From assembly GCA_025594325.1 (NCBI GenBank), contig JANHCV010000015.1:930001-994000 (forward strand): 64,000 nt of DNA, in the 5' to 3' direction. The notes below the pieces were generated by a model, which saw nothing but the letters and a program-made list of their open reading frames with translations, made no database searches and was not told the origin of the DNA. This DNA comes from Blastocladiella emersonii ATCC 22665. Taxonomy: Eukaryota; Fungi; Blastocladiomycota. Numbering within the stretch: the first letter of the stretch is position 1; each line of letters starts with the position of its first letter. Below, piece after piece: positions 46,443 to 57,959 of this stretch. The position numbers and the translations under genes were made by a program.

Positions 46443-47735
46443 ATGACGGACCGCCTGCCGCCCAACCTGCTGCGGCTCTTTGCCCCGCGCCCGCCGGCAG
46501 AGTACCTCCCGCCGCTCGACCGCGACCCGGCCAAGCGCCGCGGGCCCACCTACTCGGGTGTCGCTCACCTCATGGACCAGCTGCGCGACCACGACTCCGA
46601 CTACGTGCCATGGGACGCGCCCGAGGAGCGCCGCCAACGCCTCGCCGAGGAGCGCCGCACGGCCGCCAAGGCACAGGTGGACGCCGCCCTCATGAACTGG
46701 AAGCCGCACGACGATCCCAACGCGACCGCCGACCCCTTCAAGACCCTCTTCGTCGGCCGTCTGGTCCGTTGGCGAGCCTCTTCATTCGCCTTACTCGCAC
46801 TGGCTCTCCTCGAACACTCCCAGGCCGCTTCACTGACACGCACCCACACGCTCCCTGTCCGCAGAGTCACGACACCACCGAGAAGACCCTCCGCAAGGAG
46901 TTTGAGTACTACGGACCCATCAAGACGGTACGAGTGTGATGTTCCTTCGGTCTGCTCCTGAAAACGCATTCTCACGCCTAAACCGCGTGCGTGCGCTGCC
47001 CTACTGTAGATCAAGGTCGTGCTCGACCAGGACGGCAAGTCCCGCGGATACGCCTTCATTGAATTCGACCGCGAGCGTGACATGACCGCCGCCTACAAGG
47101 CCGCCGACGGCATTAAGCTCGATGGCCGCCGAATCGTTGTCGACGTGGAGCGCGGCCGCACCGTCCAGGGCTGGCGGCCCCGCCGCCTTGGCGGTGGTCT
47201 TGGTCACACGCGCGCTGGCCCCAAGTGGTCCAACCAGGCCTACCCCGGCCGCGACACTTCTCATCTTCGCCCCGCTGGATCACATGCGGGCGCTGCCTCC
47301 ATTTCCGAGTCGTACCACCGCGGGTCCGGAGGGTATGCCCCACGCGGTCCAGGCGGCGGCGACTTTCGCGGCGCGCGCCCGCCGGCAGGCCGGTTCGGCG
47401 GTGACCGCAGAGGTGCTGGTGGCTACGAACCGCGGTATGGTGGGCACGTCGCCGGGCGCGACTACCGTGACCGTGACCGCGACCGCGACCGTGATCCGCG
47501 CGACCGCGACAACCGTGATCCCCGGGATCGGGATCGTGATCGCGATCGCGACCGCGACTACCGGGACCGCGACCGTAACCGGGACCGCGAACGCGATTTC
47601 CGCGACCGCAGCAGCTCTTACCGCGACGACTACCGCAGATCCGCTTCATCCGTGCTGGGCGATGCACAAGCTGGCGGGAGCACGGACTCGTTGACGCTCG
47701 ATCGGGACCGGAGCCCGCCGCCAACCCGGAGGTAA
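46443..47735 (+). CDS. SNP1: U1 snRNP 70 kDa protein (introns 46764-46864, 46928-47009)
   Basis: [29 protein letters not shown]|[22 protein letters not shown]1 [30 protein letters not shown], and an RD-rich tail. Confidence 0.96.
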
Positions 47736-48035
47736 GGTCTGCATTGCCAGCCGCTTATCCCAGACGCTCAATGGAGCTGCTATTGTTCTGCGACTGGACC
47801 CGCTCGCCCTTTTTGTGACCCTCCCCTTCCTGTCCCCTCCCATCCCTCCTCCACAATGAACCTGACTGCACGTTCGATTTCGCCACTCAAAATGACGGGT
47901 GACGGAAGCGGGGACAGATGCGTTCGTGCCGCTGTTACGTCGCAACAAGGCGCTCCTAGTGTGTCAAGGCGCTACACGGTGTAGCAGTGATAGTTCGATG
48001 TGCAAAATGCTCACGTAAATGCAGTGTTATCCAGC

Positions 48036-49959
48036 TCACACAACCAGAGACCAATCCTTGACGAGCCATGCGTCCGCCATCTCTTCGCTGTTAATCCACG
48101 CCTCAAAGTCCTGCGAGCTCGTCTCAGTCGCGTTCCCAAGAAGCTTGAGAGACGCCGCGAGGGATGCTACACGCACACATCGAGGGCGTGGTGGGATAGT
48201 TAGCGTGAGCGTGCAATGGCGGCTTCGGAGGCGACAACAGTACACCACAACTCAATGAATGAAGCGACGTACCGCCGACCCAGGGGCCGCATTGGAACTG
48301 ACCGTTGCCTGGCGTGACGAAGCGCAGCACGTTTTCAACGCCCGCCAAAGCCTCGTACCGCTTGTCGGTCGCCAGGGTATGGAGAGTCTGATCGCGGACA
48401 CGGGAAAGGAAGCCAGGCAGGAGGGTAGTTCCGCCCGACACAACAATGTTCCGCGCACACTCGCCACGCACGTCGCGTGGACACTTCAGGAGGACGTCCA
48501 AGAGCGCCGTTACAACAGACCGCGCATCCGAATCCCCGTCAAAGAGCGTCTCGGCGGCGCGCTCACGCACCCACCCAGGGAGAATGAGCTTCATGTTGCG
48601 ATTGCCACCGATCGGGAGTCCGCGCTCGCCGAGTGGGTAGTACACGGTTGATGCACGCGATTTGTAAATACGGTACTGGTTGACAAGGCGAGGAGGACCG
48701 TCAGTGGCACTTGGTGAATCCACAGGGGCAGGCGACGCGGTTCGAGGCATGCTCGATTCTGTGTCTGGAAGGTTGTTGCTGCTGCTGCCGGGGATGGCAA
48801 ATAGCGACTGGGAATTCGCAGAGTTGATCCCAGCCGGCGGCAATGACGGAACAGGGGGCGCATTGGGTTCGGGTGGGACAGGGCCCAGTGACGAGGCAAG
48901 CTCCTCTTCCGTCGGTTCCGTAACTGTAACCGACTCTCCTGCCTCTGGCACGCCGCCAACAAACAGGGCGCGACACTTGATTTCCTCCAAAAACTCGGTT
49001 GTGAGCAGCTGCGCGACGATTTCATCCGTCCAAGGAACGAGCGTGTGTCCATGACCGACGCCAGCAGCCAGGGCAAGAGTGTCGGGCGATCCGATACCAA
49101 GTCGGCTGGTCAGCCCAAGGGCCCAGTTACTCCACTTGAACCAGAATGCCGTGATTGCGGACAAGTTCGCAACGCGCTCGGCAAACGACGAGGTACGGGA
49201 AAGCGTGAGCTCTCCAGCGCCAGGGAGCTGGCGTCCATGTCCTGCACCGCCGTTATAGGCGCGATAGTCATCGATGGGCGTGAGAAGCGATCCGAACTTG
49301 GTCAGAAGATCCTTGACATTGGCGAGTACGGCATCGCCCGCGACGGGAACCGAGGTGGCATGCGTGTACAGGACGCGATGGTCGTAAACGGGCACGACCG
49401 ACGTCTCCAAATGCCCAGACTCGACTACAATGCCCGCAGACTGGCCAGTGGTAAGCACCGTCATCAAGTCCGCGGGGGCAAACTGGAGGCTTGAGACGCG
49501 GAAACGCTCGAAAAGAACTTTGGCCACGGTTTGCTTGAGCAAGATTGGCATCAAGGCAGGCTCACAGACGATCAACGTTTTGCCCTTGGGGTCAGTGAGC
49601 AGGTAGCGGAAGAAGACGTCGGTAAGGTGATCGGCGAGGTAGAACTCGAGTCGGTTGGCGTTCCTCTGGTCAAAGAATCCCGCGTCCCAGAACTGCACGC
49701 GATCTGCCGTGGCCGCCGACGGGTGGCGAGACCGGTTGGTGACAATGAAGCGTGGCGAGTGCTCGCCAGCGAAACCGACCTTGGTATACATCGACCCGAT
49801 GTCGAGAACAATCCGGTCGTCCGACGTGTAAGGGGTCGTGCTCGCCGTCGTGCGCGACCGGAGCAGCGCCGCAATGTCAGCCGAAGCAAGACTAGCGCGC
49901 GTCGCTGCTGCAGAGGTCCGGTTGCCTGCGGTATCGAGGGCGCGCCGAATTCGATCCAT
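48036..49959 (-). CDS. ARP10: Actin-related protein 10 (dynactin pointed-end Arp10/Arp11) with a large insertion; 3' intron about 48263-48170
   Basis: IVLDIGSMYTKVGFAGE..PRFI, FFRYLLTDPK...IVCE, GIVVESGHLETSVVPVY, LLKCPRDVR...NIVVSGGTTLLPGF, WVG|ASLAASL. Confidence 0.82.
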
Positions 49960-50209
49960 GTAGTTGCTAGTCCTTACATTCAAGGAAAACAGGGAGTAAG
50001 CACGGTGCAGCAAGCAACGAGCGGCGCTGGCGCCTCTCTCCAGGGGATGCTCTCTCTGCCTTGCTTCACGCCCACTCAGCGCCACTCCGATCCGATCATG
50101 TGATTGGTTCTTGTTCGCAACCGCTTGCTTTCGACGCTCGACGATGCGAACGCCTCCATGCTCCACTGACTCCCGTATTTGCAAACGAGTACATCAGTGA
50201 CTTGGGGCA

Positions 50210-51663
50210 ATGAAGCAAAGCCGCCCTAACGACTCGTCCGGCAACTCGCCCGGTTCGCGGCCACTGTCGAGGTCGCGCAACCCCAAAACGGCTACAGCTT
50301 CTGTCGCGCAACATGAACGCTCTGCGAAACGCCAGAGCCTTACACTTGACCAAGCGAACGTCCGGCTCCTTCGACCCCCGACGTCTGGTGCTTCGGGCGG
50401 CGGCGAGCCAAGTGGCCCCCCCTCAGTTGGCAACGAGGTGGTTACAATCCCCCGGAACAGCTCACGGGCTGCGACACCAGTACTTCCGCGCTCCAACTCG
50501 CGTCCGGTCAGTCAAGATGCCAGCTTCTTAGGCTCAGGAAGTCAATCAGCTCGGATCGTAGACCACACCGCCAGACTACACGCTGAAGAACTTCGAAAGC
50601 TTGTCTCAGGGCAGCCAATCCACCTCGTGATTGGTGCCCTAGGGCGCGCGGGAGTGGGCAGAAGTGATCTGCTTTCCCAATTCGCACAGCAACCAGAACT
50701 GGCCTTTCTCAGCCGTGGTGCTGGAGATGATGCGCCTCGTCCGGGCATCGACGGGCACATCTCGAATCAGATCTTACTCCTAGACGCACAACCCTTAACG
50801 TCATCAAAGACCTTTTGCAATACTGTAAGTTCCAACGACCCAGGACTTGCTTCGCACGGTAGCAGCACGGCCTTTGCTCAAAACCCACAGCGACGCAGCG
50901 CTGGGGCCATGAGGCGGTCCGATAGCTACAACGAATCGATGGGGTCCAGCTCAGGTGGAAATGATTTACAGAACGTACAGCTATGCGCTTGGCTCCTGAC
51001 CGTAGTAGATGTTCTCATCATTGTCGCAGATGATTGTGGTGTTGACCGCGAACTCCTCGCCGATCTCCGCCTTGCGCACGAACTCGTTCTTCGGACTGCT
51101 TCAGCACTAACAGTCGCAACGATTATATGTACGTCGCACTTTTCTCTTTGGCACTTTTTCATACCCTGTCAAACTCACACTGAATTGACCCCACAGTCGC
51201 TAAAAACAGAGTACCAGCTTCATCTTTCCACGCGAAAGCATTTCTTCGCTTCGAAAATTTTCTCGCGCAAGAATGCCGCCGTTCGCCGCGCGCCGGATCC
51301 GGTTCCTCGCGTTCATCGAGTGACCTCTCACAGCTGGCACAATCTGCACTTCCATCAGTGGGAACAGCCACGTCCTTCAGCGCGTCCATGAACTTTTTTG
51401 TCTTTCCCAGTTGGGCTCCGCCTCGCCCAACGTCGTCGTCAGCTCTATCGGCTTCCATGTCACCTTTTTGGGGCGGCCCTGTCAACGTTTTCCTTATTCC
51501 GAACAGGGATGCAGACCAACTAGAATACCCGCTATCTTATGAGGAGGCGGTGCAGATTTTCACCCTGTCTGTAGTAGCGAGGCCTCACGGTTCAAAGCCC
51601 CTTGAAAGTGACTGGGCTAAACTGGCCGTCGCTCGGTGGGGCTTGATCATGAGTGGTAACTGA
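50210..51663 (+). CDS. SMG9: SMG9-like nonsense-mediated decay factor (intron 51129-51196; possible in-frame intron 50825-50890)
   Basis: Order of motifs matches SMG9: VIGALGRAGVGRS (P-loop), GID...ILLLDAQP, NDLQNVQLCAWLLTVVDVLIIVAD, spliced TIIFAKNR, PVNVFLIP, and terminal ESDWAKLAVARW. Confidence 0.72.
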
Positions 51664-51844
51664 GTAGTGTGCGAACGAGCTTGACCGGCGCGCGTCAGTT
51701 CCTGAACCTCAGTTGTATTAGACTTTCGAGTGCATGGGATTTTCGCTAGGCGACCCGCCCCAGCCGCTGCCCGTGGTCGTAAACATGAATCTGTTATGAA
51801 TGTCCGGCATATCATAAACGCACTCATTTACCACAGGCGGTCTG

Positions 51845-53284
51845 GTGACTGCGTCAGTTGTGGTGTCCATTCGCCTTGAAGCCCAAACTGTGGTCCTCCG
51901 CCGCGTGTGCCTCGTGCTGCTCAACAGCCCCGACTTCCGCTTCGATGACGAAAAGGTTGAGGCTGCTTACTGGGCACGCGCGGAGCAGCGCTACGTCCAG
52001 TACCTCTCGCTCATGGAGCACACGCTCGTCGAAGGTCACGCTCTCCCCCTACCGCCGCTCGACGTGCTTATGATGTGGCTCGTCCATGTCAAGGACTCGC
52101 ACCGTTATTCCGAGGACCTCGTGCGCGTTTTCGGCGACATCAAACTTCTTCACTTTGTCTTCCCGCTTGACGAGGTCAACGCGTACCTCCAAGCCACTGG
52201 CGCGCCCGTTTCCAGCTCGGGCGCGACGATTTCGGATGCTTCCTGGCAGGACTTTGTTCCCGCAAGCCACGCCCAGTCGTGGACCCAGTTCAGTGGTCAG
52301 GCCTTTGTCCTTGACGCGGAGCAGGTCGCCGCGCCCTGGACCCTGGCATGCCCCTTCTGCCACCACGACCAGGCTTGGGAGTCGGAGCTCTACTCAGAGA
52401 TGCGTACGGGTTCCCGCATGCTCTTCTGTGAGTCGTGCGACAAGTGGATCACGCTGCCCACCGTCTCGGCGTGGCGCCTTGTGGAGGACCTCCGTAAGGC
52501 CGAGAAGGGCCAGGGCCACGTCGCTGGTACCCTCCTTAACTTCGCCAAGGGCAAGATCGACTACAAGCTCGCGCACTCGGTGCACAAGCTGCTCTTCTTC
52601 ACGCACGAGAAGTCCCTGACCGAGATCCTCGAGGCTCGCCTCAACGAGCGCGACGTCGTCAACCCGTGGTCCGAGCTCGATCTGGCCGCCATCCTCCACG
52701 ACTACGTCCAGGCCGCCGTGGACAAGGAGTACTCGGGCAAGGCCAAGGAGCTCCGCCGCAAGGCGGACATTGTCACTGGCAAGATCCTCTCGTACTACCA
52801 GAACGTCATGACGCCGCTTTCTCTCGACCTCATCGTCGCTCGGAACAACTGGGCAAAGCTGTCGCGCGACATTGCGGACCACGTTGAGGGCGGCGACGGC
52901 AGCGTCGCGTTTGACAACGTTGCGGCCCAAACGGTCATCGATCGCTACGCCAAGTTCATGCAGCTGCTCGAGGAGCGGCGCAAGGCGTCCCTCAAGGACT
53001 CGGAGCGCTACAAGAACCTTGTGCCTGCCATCGACATTCTCCTCGCCCATCGCTGCCATCTTCTGGACCCGCTCGCGTACAAGAAGTACTGCGCGTACAA
53101 GTTTGGCAAGATCATGGACTTCAGCCGCTTCACCTGCAAGGCTGAGCTCATTGCCGAATACCAGGATATGGCTGTGTTGTGGAGCCAGAAGTACACGACG
53201 CCCTTCGACCTCCCGTTCAAGAAGAAGAAGAAGTCCAAGGGCATCAAGAAGCTTGTTGGCATGTTCTTTGGCGGGAGCAAGTGA
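51845..53284 (+). CDS. Glycine-rich domain-containing/DUF1399-family protein (true start unresolved)
   Basis: Two family repeats, LPPLDVLMMWLVH...Y..D and RYAKFMQL...LVPAIDILLAH..HLLDP..Y, with strong codon bias. Confidence 0.75.
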   Translation: MTASVVVSIRLEAQTVVLRRVCLVLLNSPDFRFDDEKVEAAYWARAEQRYVQYLSLMEHTLVEGHALPLPPLDVLMMWLVHVKDSHRYSEDLVRVFGDIKLLHFVFPLDEVNAYLQATGAPVSSSGATISDASWQDFVPASHAQSWTQFSGQAFVLDAEQVAAPWTLACPFCHHDQAWESELYSEMRTGSRMLFCESCDKWITLPTVSAWRLVEDLRKAEKGQGHVAGTLLNFAKGKIDYKLAHSVHKLLFFTHEKSLTEILEARLNERDVVNPWSELDLAAILHDYVQAAVDKEYSGKAKELRRKADIVTGKILSYYQNVMTPLSLDLIVARNNWAKLSRDIADHVEGGDGSVAFDNVAAQTVIDRYAKFMQLLEERRKASLKDSERYKNLVPAIDILLAHRCHLLDPLAYKKYCAYKFGKIMDFSRFTCKAELIAEYQDMAVLWSQKYTTPFDLPFKKKKKSKGIKKLVGMFFGGSK

Positions 53285-53378
53285 CCAAGCTTGGTCATCC
53301 TCACACGTGGTTCGCTCGCCCCCACCACATAAATTGCGATTGATTGTTTCACAAACCCTCCAGACCAACTTGAAATGA

Positions 53379-56300
53379 GAAGGTGGAGAGTCGGATCCAG
53401 GCGAGCGGCGCGAGGGCCTCTTCAACAGTGACTTGCGCGCGGCGCTCAACTCGATTCTGGGCCGCAAGCGCGTCAACGCCACCATCGATTACTATCAAGG
53501 TACGAACGACGAACCGACCGTCTGGGACCCCGTCGAGGTGAAGCGGCGGTTGGCCGCGGAGGTGGCGGGGTGGTTCGACCGGGTTGACCTCCCGCCGCTT
53601 CCAGCGGAGTGGGCTGCTGCGTTTGCCCCGCTCGACCACGTTGACCCGGCCATATGGAGCTCGCTCATGGACCCTATTTCGGCGGGTGAGCTCGACGCCG
53701 CACTGAAGGCGGTCCATCCTGACAAGGCGCCCGGCCCGTCTGGCATCACGTATCGTTTCCTGCGCGAGTCGGGCCCGCGCGCGCGTGCCGACCTGCTGAG
53801 GCTCTTCAACGACATTCTCCGCACGGGCGTCGCTCCCGCTCAGTGGCGCGAGGGCTCCATCTACCTGATCCCGAAGACCGACGCAGGGTACACGGGCACC
53901 GCTGCGGCGATGCGGCCCATCACGCTCATGGAGACCGCGTCGAAGCGGTTTATGAAGATCCTCGTGTCGCGCATGATGCACGTCCTCGTTGAGCATGACG
54001 TGCTGCGCGGCGCAAAGTACTCTGTTCTGCCCGGGACAGATACGGCCGTCCCGATCCAGCTCCTCTCGTCCGCCATTGACCACGCCCGGGACTCGGACAA
54101 GGCCATGTACGTGTACTTTGAGGACAAGAGCAAGGCGTTCGACACGGTCCCGCACTCGATCCTGCGGCTGGCCCTGCGCCGCATCCGCCTGCCTGAGCCG
54201 TTCATTGAGTTGTACTGCACGCAATTCCGTGAGGGTCGCACATCGCGTGTGATCACCGCGTATGGGCTCACCGAACCGATCCCGTGTCTCCGCGTCGTGC
54301 CCCAGGGCGCCGTTGAGTCCCCGCTAATGTGGTCCTGTCTCTACGATCCCCTCCTTTGTAACGATATTTCGAAAGGCGCAGATGACGCTTTCCCTCTCCT
54401 CCCGTATGCAGGTCGCGGTTCCTTCAAGTCCGCGCACGCTCGGCCTGGTTACACCCCGCCGAGACGACTCTTCCCTGGCACCAAGCACCGCCCACCCGTC
54501 AAGCTCAAGAACCTGTCGTTCGTGGACGATGCGGCCTTCTTCGCGTGCACGCCAGGCGGCCTCCGCCGCACCGTGGCACGCGTCGACTCGTTCAACGCGG
54601 CCTGCGGCATTCGCTCCAATGCCGCCAAGGGCGCCGTGCTGTCAATCAACTCTAAACGAGAGCCGCTGATCAAGTCCAACGACGTCGAGGTGCCAAGGAT
54701 TTCGAGCGATGGAGCGTTTCGCTACCTGGGCGTCTTCCTCAACGCGACGGGCACGGGTGGCCCGGCCGTAGAGGCGATGGAGGAGACGTTCGGGCGCGCG
54801 ATGCTCTCGCTGCGAAACAAGAAGATCACGGCCAAGATGGCCGTGTACGTCATCAACGCGGTCGTCTGGCCTGCCATGGTGTACCGCTCTCGCAACTTTG
54901 TGCCCAAGCTCCGCCGCTTGCAGAAGTGGGACGCGTCCGCGCGTGCTCTCATTCGCAAGAAGCTGCATGTCGCGAGCGCCTTCCACGCGTCAGCGCTCCA
55001 CCATCTCGCGATCCTCGCGCTTGCGTCCATCGAGGAGCAGGTCACCCGGTACCACATGAAGGCGGTCATCTCTTCTCTCGACCACTGCGATCTCATGATC
55101 CGCACGGCAGTCCGCTGCTCGCTCTCAGCTTTGCAGACCTATCTCACGGTCCCTTACTCGCCGCTTGCCGTCCCAACCAGCGAGCCGACTGCGGAGATTC
55201 CATGCTACTTTGGCGGCTTGCTCGAACTCATGCGCGTCCGGCGCCTCTCGATTGCCGATCTTAGCGGCGAGTATACGATCGGCAACCCCGCCACGGACTT
55301 GCCAATACGCCAGCTGGTGCCCTGGGGGCAGATCCCTCCCACTGTCCGCCGCGCCATGCGGGGCTACTTCATCTCGAACGTCTCGCAGCTTACTCAGCAT
55401 GGCAAGATTGCAGATGGCACCAACCCACAGTGCGCTGAGGAGTTGCTTTCGGGCCGCTTCAACCCAGCGACCAGGTGTTTCGTGCAAGTCCCTGAGCGAG
55501 CCCAGTTCATCGAGCTGGCGAGCCGCTTGCTCCAGGCCTATCTTGCCGACCCTCATGCCCACCGACAGTGGGGCCCGTGCGCAGCCTTTTGCACCCGCGA
55601 GCCCTACCCACTCAGTGTTGACGACCAAGTTGCTCCACCCATCAACATCCGCGAGGCCTTCACCGCAGGCCTTCGCGTGACACAAGTCCCGGCTCAGGCG
55701 GGCCCGCTCGACCTCGATCCTGCACTGGTGCCTGTCTACACGGACGGCTCCATGGTGCCAGCTGCGGACGGGGTCGGGTCGTCCCGCCTTGGAGCGGGCG
55801 TGTGGTTCCCGACGCTTGGTGTCCGTCTGTCAGCGCGCGTCTCGCCTGGCGTAGCTTCTTCTACGCGAGCCGAGGCGTGGGCGATCGCGCTTGCGGTCGC
55901 CGCGGCACCACAGCGCTCGCGGATCCACATCTACTCTGACTCCCAGGCTGCCATTGCATCGGCCATCCGCGTTCTATCGTTCCTTTCCTCCTCCTCGTCT
56001 GATTCTGGCTTTCCTTGTTCCCTCAGTTCTACCGACGCATGGTCGTTTGCAGTGGCAGCCGCGCGTGCCCGCCGCGTGACCTTCACAATCTCCTGGGTCC
56101 GCGGGCACGCCGGCGTTGAGGGGAACGAGATCGCTGACGGGCTCGCCGCTGACGGGGTCAATCTGGCCCAAGAGCTCGTCCTCGCTCCCCCCTTCGCCAA
56201 ACAGATCCGGTTAGATGTTCAGCATGCGCTGTATTTTGATGACGTCCCCGTTCCCACATCCTTCCCTGCATTCCTCAAGATCCTGTCCACTGCACGCTGC

Positions 56301-57959
56301 GATGCGACCCTGCGCTCCAAGTCCGCCCTCCTCTCCTCCCTCCACACCTCCCCTGACCCCGATGAGCACCCTGACATGCTTGCGACCTCACTGGCCATTT
56401 GCTCCGGCTCCCGCCCGCTCGATAAGCGCACCTCCAGCGCTGCGAACCGCGACATCGTCTATCGCGTTCGCCACCTCCTTGGGATCACACCCACTCGCTC
56501 ACTGCTGCACGCCCGCCATCCTACTCTAGTCACTTCACGTACTGCTATTGGCCTTCCGGCGTGCCCTCGCTCTCCCGCTGGCCAGCCCAGCCTGTCGCCC
56601 TGCTCGGTCTCGATTATTGTTCATTCGCTCCCTCTCTCGCTACTGCTCGTTTGACGCTACTGGTCTGATTTGCTCCGTCCGTTTGTCCTATCTTCCCTCC
56701 TTCCCTCACTTCTTCCCCTTTGCTCCTCGACGTGCGTGGTCCAGGCCTTGCTGAATTGCAGCTCTGCCAGAAAAGGCCGGCGCCTGTCGTACAGTGGATA
56801 CTCTGCTTGCAGGTTACAACCGCTGTTAAGAAATAAATCAAAGGTTCCAAAAAAAAATACTCTAGTCACTTCACCGGTGTGTCCTAGGTGCCAAGTAGCC
56901 ATTGACGACGGAAGCCACTGGATGATCTGCACCCGTAACGCCGCGGCCGTGTCCGCAGCGCTGGCCTCTGCCCAAAAGCCCATTGAGCGCTATGCTCTCG
57001 CTCCAACTCGACCGCGACCTCGCTCGACCCGTCCTCGCGGCCATCACGTCCGTCGCCTCCCGATCCCTCTGGCGCGGCGCCTGGCTCTCTCACTCTGCTG
57101 GCTGCGCCGAGGCCGACCCACTCGATTTTTCTGAAGCTCCGCCGCGCGAGCCGCGTGAGCGGGCCCGCCGCCCATTTGGCCAGCCCATTGTCACATTCAA
57201 GTTCATCAACCGCCACCACTACTGCTCTCGCTGTCTGAGCTTGCTCCATTCCCAGGTCCCCAACCCGTCTGGGCGTGAAGAAGACCCGCCAGTGTGCCCG
57301 CCGTCCACCGCGGCCCAGGTGGCTCTTGTTGCAGATCCCTCCGTCCGACTTTGGCTGCTCGGTTCCCCAAGGCACATCCAGTGATGTGACTAGACCAAGG
57401 ATCGGCGCAGTCGACGCAAGTCCAGTAGCACCAGGTGTTTGCGCGCGGTACTGACCCATCCACTTTCTCTCGTTCTGACGACGATGAAACGCATGATCCG
57501 CCACTGAATGGCGCTGACGCACAAGAGAAAAAGAAGCAGAAAAACAAAAAGAAAAGAAACGCAAAAAGAAGAACGTCCGCACAAAAAGATGGAAAAACAT
57601 CTGACGAACCTCACAGGCCATGCCCAATACCACAGCACTGCCACGGGTCCATTGGCATATCCTCGCGCTCTAGCTGGTCACGCCAGCGTGTCTCTCTGCT
57701 CGGTCTCTCTTTACTGCTCTTCGTTCGCTCTCTTAGCTCGCTGCTCGAGCTCGCTCTCTCTTCGCCTCGTTCGCCGATCTCTCTCGTACTCCCCTCTCCT
57801 CCCACAATTCTTCCCCCTATGCTCCTCGACGTGCACGGTCCGGGCTTGTCGTGCTGTGGCTTGCCCACAAAAATGCTGCTGCCCGTTGCGCAGTGGATAT
57901 TCTGCTTGCAGTTCACAACCGCTGTTAAGGAATAAATGCATTGGTTCCAAAAAAAAAAA
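53379..57959 (+). mobile_element. 5'-truncated non-LTR retrotransposon (LINE) with RT, RNase H and a CCHC knuckle, ending in AATAAA and poly(A)
   Basis: Open frame from about 53379 to 56538: KAPGPSG, MRPITL, EDKSKAFDTV, PQGAVESP, FVDD, FRYLG; RNase H YTDGS...EAWAI...YSDSQ...WVRGHAG..GNE.AD; CPRC...H...C at about 56880-56930; AATAAA at 57931 and A11 at 57949-57959. No endonuclease domain is seen. Confidence 0.95.
56539..56857 (+). mobile_element. 319-bp nested retroposed insert (3' end of a related LINE subfamily, or a SINE) with a 17-bp TSD
   Basis: TACTCTAGTCACTTCAC occurs at 56522-56538 and 56858-56874. AATAAA is at 56832 and A9 at 56849-56857. The insert aligns to the host 3' end (about 57634-57959). 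Confidence 0.92.

Noticed and set aside
53340-53400. Target-site duplication for the host LINE
   Set aside because: The 5' flank (…CAACTTGAAATGA) does not match the sequence after the poly(A) (GACAATTAAC…).
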